A stretch of 64,000 bases of DNA from Eledone cirrhosa (Eukaryota): positions 5,332,001-5,396,000 of the forward strand of contig OZ024746.1 of NCBI GenBank assembly GCA_964016885.1. Reading direction: 5' to 3'. Under the pieces are notes generated by a model, which was given only the letters and a program-made list of their open reading frames with translations, made no database searches and was not told the DNA's origin. A program made the position numbers and the translations under genes. Of the stretch, positions 57,808-64,000 are shown in pieces. Position 1 is the first letter of the stretch, and every line of letters starts with the position of its first letter.

Positions 57808-58838
57808 GATACTACCAACCGATACTAATTACCAAGCCGTACTAATTACCAACCGATACTAATTACCAACCGATACTAATTACCAAGCCGTACTAATCAC
57901 CAACCGATACTAATTACCAAGCCGTACTAATTACCAACCGATACTAATTACCAAGCCATACTAATTACCAACCGATACTAATTAGCAAGCCGTACTAATT
58001 ACCAACCGATACTAATTACCAAGCCATACTAATTACCAACCGATACTAATTACCAAGCCATACTAATTACCAACCGATACTAATTACCAAGCCATACTAA
58101 CTACCAACCGATACTAATCACCAACCGATACTAATTACCAAAGCATACTAATTACCGACCGATACTAATTACCAAACCATACTAATTACCAACAGATACT
58201 AATTATCAACCGATACTAATTACCAACCGATACTAATTACCAAACCAACCTAATTACCAACCGATGCTAATTACCAAAACATACTAATCACCAACCGATA
58301 CTAATTACCAACCGATACTAATTACCAAGCCATACTAATTACCAACCGATACTAATTACCAACCGATACTAATTACCAAGCCATACTAATTACCAACCGA
58401 TACTAATTACCAACCGATACTAATTACCAACCGATACTAATTACCAAGCCATACTAATTACCAACCGATACTAATTACCAACCGATACTAATTACCAAAC
58501 CATACTAATTACCAACCGATACTAATTACCAACCGATACTAATTACCAAGCCATACTAATTACCAACCGATACTAATTACCAACCGATACTAATTACCAA
58601 ACCATACTAATTACCAACCGATACTAATTACCAACCGATACTAATTACCAAGCCATACTAATTACCAACCGATACTAATTACCAACCGATACTAATTACC
58701 AAACCATACTAATTACCAACCGATACTAATTACCAAGCCATACTAATTACCAACCGATACTAATTACCAACCGATACTAATTACCAAACCATACTAATTA
58801 CCAACCGATACTAATTACCAAGCCATACTAATTACCAG
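57808..58838. repeat. 17-bp minisatellite with alternating variants, about 60 copies
   Basis: CCGATACTAATTACCAA alternating with GCCATACTAATTACCAA or ACCATACTAATTACCAA. Confidence 0.95.
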
Positions 58839-59018
58839 TATAATGGAGACAGACTTTATCAAACTGTAGCTGTCATATTATGCAGTTTCTGTATAATAAT
58901 AACTAATATTATATTTGGAGATGGTCATTTTACCAATATTGCCAATACAAAGAAACACACGCACCACATACACTTTTAACTTCCACTTTATCTTTATTGT
59001 TCGTTTATTCATTTGTAT

Positions 59019-59061
59019 ATCAAAGTTCTTTCGTCACACATTATGTGACCTCCTCAATGAT
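59019..59061 (-). ncRNA. Minimal hammerhead ribozyme (GAAAGAACUU type, U3 variant)
   Basis: Minus strand ATCA TTGAGGA G GTCACA-TAATG-TGTGAC GAAA GAAC TT TGAT. Confidence 0.65.
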
Positions 59062-59439
59062 TATCTATTTTCTGCCTCGTCTTCTTCAAGGTCTTATACT
59101 TTTACTCCACGTTGTCTTTGTTTTATTAGGATAAATGTTTATTCGCAGAAGATAGGGAAAATATTAAAGTTATTGATAATCAGCCATAACTATTAACACT
59201 AACTTAATGTTATGTTATTTCGGTGTGAACCACATTAAATAAATCCCTTACCCTTAAATCAGAAGAATTTACTAATTGTCGTCAGCGAATGACGCTCCGG
59301 TTGGACAGAATACAGATGCCCAAGCCTACTGACTCAAGTCTACACCAACCACATCAAACATTTGTCAGGGAGTATATGTTTCTTGAGTTATTCCATTACA
59401 TCATACCAGTCCAAGTCTAGCCAGTTATATATTTTGGTG

Positions 59440-59684
59440 AAGCCGCATGGCTTAGTGGTTAGAGCCTTGCAATCGAAAGGTTGTGTATTCAATTCTAGGA
59501 CCGACTGATGTGTTGTTTCCTTGAGCAAGACACTTTATTTCACTTTGCTCCAGTTTACTCAGCTGTAGAAATGAGATGATAGGATTGGGGTCCCTATCAT
59601 TAAATTACCCAAGACACCTCCAACGAGATATACCTTGGAGGAGGCCAGCTAAACCTGCATAGGTGTGAGCTGTCACACACACAC
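59440..59684 (+). mobile_element. CORE-like SINE family B
   Basis: Similar to 6487-6712 and 18800-19040. Confidence 0.85.
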
Positions 59685-61053
59685 AGTTTTATATTTGACA
59701 TTTATTCTATTCCTATATGTGAATACACAAGTGGAAACCTGCCACCTTAATGCAACAAAAGTTTCAGGGACGTGAGTTATACCGTGACAACACACAGGGG
59801 TATATTAGTATTTGTTTTATCTCTATAACTATCCTAATACGATGTATATGACTCAAAGCTATCGCTCATAATTATCTTTCTCAACCATAACAATCTTGTA
59901 AAAGTCTGGATATTTGTTAGTGTAGGAATTTGTTTAGAATTTTGTTATATAAAAAATACCATATAAATTTAAAATACTACATAGTGAAAACACACATCTT
60001 AACGTTTATATAGTAATAAAAATAGTTCTGCATGTATTTAATTTTATATTAACAAAGACTACCAAAACAAATGCCAAAAACACTTGTTTAATGAAATAGT
60101 CATTTTAAACAACACTTTCTTTGATGTCATCTAATTAACTTATCCGAATAAAGCTCTCACAAATAGTATGGCCTTCGTAACTTCCTGTAATTGAAGACCA
60201 ACTTTTAAATCTGATAAGAGTTGCAAAACAATGGACAAGGTTTAGAACAATTAATTTTAGATATCGAGATTAGTTTAGATCGAATTAGACGAACAACTCT
60301 GCTACTTAATATCTCTGCAGATTCTAACATTATTTCTCAAGAGTTACATCAACAATACTCTTTGTATTAACGTTTATCGATTCTCTTCAATTTGTAACCG
60401 ACTTTCTGTGTGCATATATCTATACCTGTTGATTTTATGCCTTTATTGTTGAATCACTAATTTTTATTTGGAGGAGATAAAAGTTATTCAGTTATAATCT
60501 ATTAGCTTTTTTGCATCATTATTTATTTTTTATCTTTCTGAAAGAACAAAATTGAAATAAACTTTCTGGTAAAAGTTTTCTAAAATAGATTTAATGGAAA
60601 CAACACGATGGGAATAAATTTAAAGAGTAGAGACATATTTTCATTGCTTTTAAAAAAATGAATTCAGTACTCACGGAACGTAACATAGGTGGACCAAATT
60701 TCTTTAGAGTAGGTCTAATTTTGAATTATTTTCAGGAAGTTATATAAAACATCGTGGATTTAAATGGGTTTTACACCCCTACACATAGTAATCTTCTAAG
60801 TATTAGGGACGTCAATTTATAAAGATGCCGTTAGGTAGTATATAGCTGTAAGGTCATGGAGAAGAATGTTCATAATGACAAGTGAATTACCTGAACAAAC
60901 ATATGTGACTTTGCAAGGTCAATATACAGATCAGGTGACGCTTCACAAAAAAGCAATATATATATATATATATTGTTTGCGTCACCTGATCTTTATATCC
61001 GCTAAGATGAAACAATTGTTATCGGTATGGTGAACTAACTGTTGTGTAACCAC

Positions 61054-61172
<119 letters not shown>

Positions 61173-61665
61173 GAAGGAAGTGTGGTAAGGAACCAGGTGG
61201 ACCATAACGTACCAGAGTACTCGATATTTTGGGTAGTAGAGTGGGTGATAGGAAAATAGCCAGAACCCAGAGGGCAGAGCTTTCTAGACCAGAAATAGCT
61301 GTCGAAACGGCTTGAGCACTGCCATTGGGGTTCTGACTATTTTCCTATATATAAAAGAACGAGTAGGACCCCGACGGCTGAGCTCAAGCCGTTTTGACGG
61401 CTAATTCTGGACTAAATGAACATTTTTATCCTGGTACATGAATAGCCGAGCTTCTCAGGGGGTAATTCCATATATGGTAAAAGTGATTGTCACAAGGATT
61501 GGTCAACAGTTTGTTGTTGAGACACATAATTCTATCATGGCATTATATATATATATAGTTTCGTTGACAAATATATCAATATGCCCAGACACGCAGATAT
61601 ATTGCCCTTGGTATGACAGTGTGTTTTTAGCTCAATGTAGGATAACTAGTATACTACAGAGCCGT

Positions 61666-62009
61666 TATAGTTATAGGAGTAACCAAAGAGTGCTTAGAAA
61701 TACATTATTTTATTAGCTAACAGTGTTTCATCCATACCCCATGGCAGGAATCACCAGAGCCTATAAACAAGAGTATATCAATAGTTGCATGCTCCATCGA
61801 GCTGCGTCACCAGAACAAGGTCCCGAGGCCAGCGCTATATGGAAAAAGACAGAATACATGTTGCACATAATGTCATACCATGTCATGCAACTATTGATAT
61901 ACTCTTGTTTATAGGCTCTGATGATTCCTGCCATGGGGTATGGATGAAACACTGTTAGCTAATAAAACAATGTATTTCTAAGCACTCTTTGGTTACTCCT
62001 ATAACTATA
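61666..62009. mobile_element. Fold-back element (126-bp inverted arms), each arm carrying a hammerhead
   Basis: Arms 61666-61791 and 61884-62009. Plus-strand HHR 61914-61960 GGCT CTGATGA T TCCTGCC-ATGG-GGTATGGA T GAAA CACTG TT AGCT. The minus copy 61715-61761 has CTGGTGA. Confidence 0.8.
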
Positions 62010-62793
62010 TATATATATATATATATATACATGAGAAGAAGAAGAAGAAGAAGAAGAAGAAGAAGAAGAAGAAGAAGAAGAAGAAGAAGAAGAAGAAGAA
62101 GAACAACAACAACAACAACAACAACAACGACGACGATGATGACGAAAGTAACAACCACAAACTCAAGGATGACAAAAAAGAAAACCTCAACAACAAACAA
62201 CGACTAAAACCTCGAAAGGAAGGGCTGCAACACCCAAGCAATTTAAAGACACTAACAGAAACAAGTTTTGATTTTAGTCTTGTGGTATTCGAACTTCTAT
62301 ATTGTTCTATCCTTGTTAGTAATTTAATACTGATTTAATATATTTTACGCGAGAAAACTACATGGCATAATATTTATACATTAATTGTAAGTAAAGTGAG
62401 AGAACATGTATTAAGACTGAGAACTGTATGGTGATCTCGGTTCAGTAATGTAGGACACACATCAAACAAACCTGAGCAATAGCAACAAAAACAAGAACAA
62501 ACTGATATAAAAGTGTATCGTAGTATTTTCTAACTCAGATACTCTTCAATGTTGTATAGTTTAGTTCACTTGTTTATCTTTACAATGTGGTCTTCAAGTG
62601 AGTGGGTGTCAGCTTACGGGGACTGCACCACCATTATAGACGACACTAATCAATATAAGATAATCATATGGAACATTAAGCTTTAAATAAGTGTTGAAAG
62701 ATCTCAGACTATTGGAGCCATCATAAACTAGACATTTCAGAAAAGTTATAAAACCACGGTTATGAAATATATGAAATATTCTCCTTTCGTTTA

Positions 62794-62860
<67 letters not shown>

Positions 62861-62897
62861 GTAAACATATATATACACACACACACACGCACATACA

Positions 62898-62944
<47 letters not shown>

Positions 62945-63307
62945 GCAGATTACGTCCATACATAATGGAACGGAATGGTTCTACGTCAGTTTTGGCGATG
63001 GGTTTTCTAGTTGTCCGTTCAATAGAATACGACGCTCGTAAAAATAATGTGCAACTGATTAAACATTCTAGAGACGTATAGCCAGGGATATTTGGTGGGA
63101 CACAATTTGAACACTTTGGACGTTTGAATTATATATTCCACCCGACAGCTTCCAAACAATTTCCGTCTATCCTTATAAAAGCTTACGTGATTTCTTATTT
63201 TCTGTGGGATTCTGCATAGAATTATATGATCAGCGAATGTTTTTGAAATTCACTGGATAGTGACTACCGATAAGGTATGTTTTTCATGGGTATGTCTCTA
63301 TTTATAA

Positions 63308-63566
63308 AACAAACTTTGTATTTTATCTGATGAAAGCGTACCAATGTGTCTTGGTACCCTTGAAATATATATAATAAAATAAATATGGTTTTATAAATAT
63401 AGTTTCCATTTATTGAATATCATATATGTATATATATATATATATATACAATGATATTCAATAAATGGAAACTATATTTATAAAACCATATTTATTTTAT
63501 TATATATATTTCAAGGGTAACAAGACACATTGGTACGCTTTCATCAGATAAAATACAAAGTTTGTT
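63308..63566. mobile_element. Fold-back element with two hammerheads around a TA spacer
   Basis: HHR 63320-63380(+) ATTTTAT CTGATGA AAGCGTACCAA-TGTGTC-TTGGTACCCTT GAAA TATATA TA ATAAAAT. Inverted copy 63494-63554(-). Confidence 0.85.
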
Positions 63567-63665
63567 ATATATATATATAAATTAAAACAAAAAACAAAAA
63601 CAATAACGAAGAGTGCAGTAAAAGGTGTTAGTATTTGGAGTGTGTGTGTGTGTGTGGGGGGGGGG

Positions 63666-63700
63666 AATCGATGTTTCGGGCATAAGCCCTTCACCAGGAG
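63666..63700 (-). ncRNA. Decayed minimal PLE-type hammerhead
   Basis: Minus strand CTC CTGGTGA A GGGC-TTAT-GCCC GAAA CA TC GATT. Confidence 0.55.
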
Positions 63701-63738
63701 AAAAGTGGGAAGGAAAAGAGTTCCGAGAGTGTGAGGTG

Positions 63739-63814
<76 letters not shown>

Positions 63815-64000
63815 ACGTGTGTGTGTGTGTTTAGCAGACATATTTGAGATTAGGTGTAGTGAAATATGTACTGGAGTCGAGGTGATTGAAGTAAACACCT
63901 CTACCTTGAAGGCAATGTCAGAGCTGCACTGATCTTCATTGACTGAAACCAGTAATAGGTTAAATACTAGAAGTATTCATTAGTACAAGTATATTTGTAT

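Noticed and set aside
60986-61025. ATCTT..AAGAT GAAA CAATTG TT (3' part of a hammerhead)
   Set aside because: CUGANGA core and 5' stem I are missing; likely a remnant but not callable. Similar weak case at about 63903-63960.

Overview
AT-rich, microsatellite-saturated animal genomic DNA, most likely an octopus or other cephalopod (inferred from the SINE types and repeat landscape). No confident host protein-coding gene is present; most long ORFs in the track are microsatellite or minisatellite artefacts. The centrepiece is an apparently intact, very young Penelope-like retroelement (PLE) at 31210-36886. It has an 819-aa RT + C-terminal GIY-YIG ORF and apparently identical pseudo-LTRs in partial-tandem and inverted arrangement, each carrying a minimal hammerhead ribozyme (HHR), and it sits in a (TA)n tract. 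About 20 intact, variant or decayed HHR motifs from several distinct sequence families occur across the 64 kb (roughly one per 3 kb). Most lie in short non-coding, often palindromic (fold-back) elements embedded in (TA)n tracts. Also present: decayed PLE endonuclease remnants, Tx1/L1-like LINE pieces abutting (TATC)n, RTE-like LINE pieces (one 5'-inverted), two tRNA-derived SINE families, mariner-type MITEs and a transposase remnant, several minisatellites and a 200-N gap. All motif calls were made by eye, and boundaries of decayed elements are approximate.
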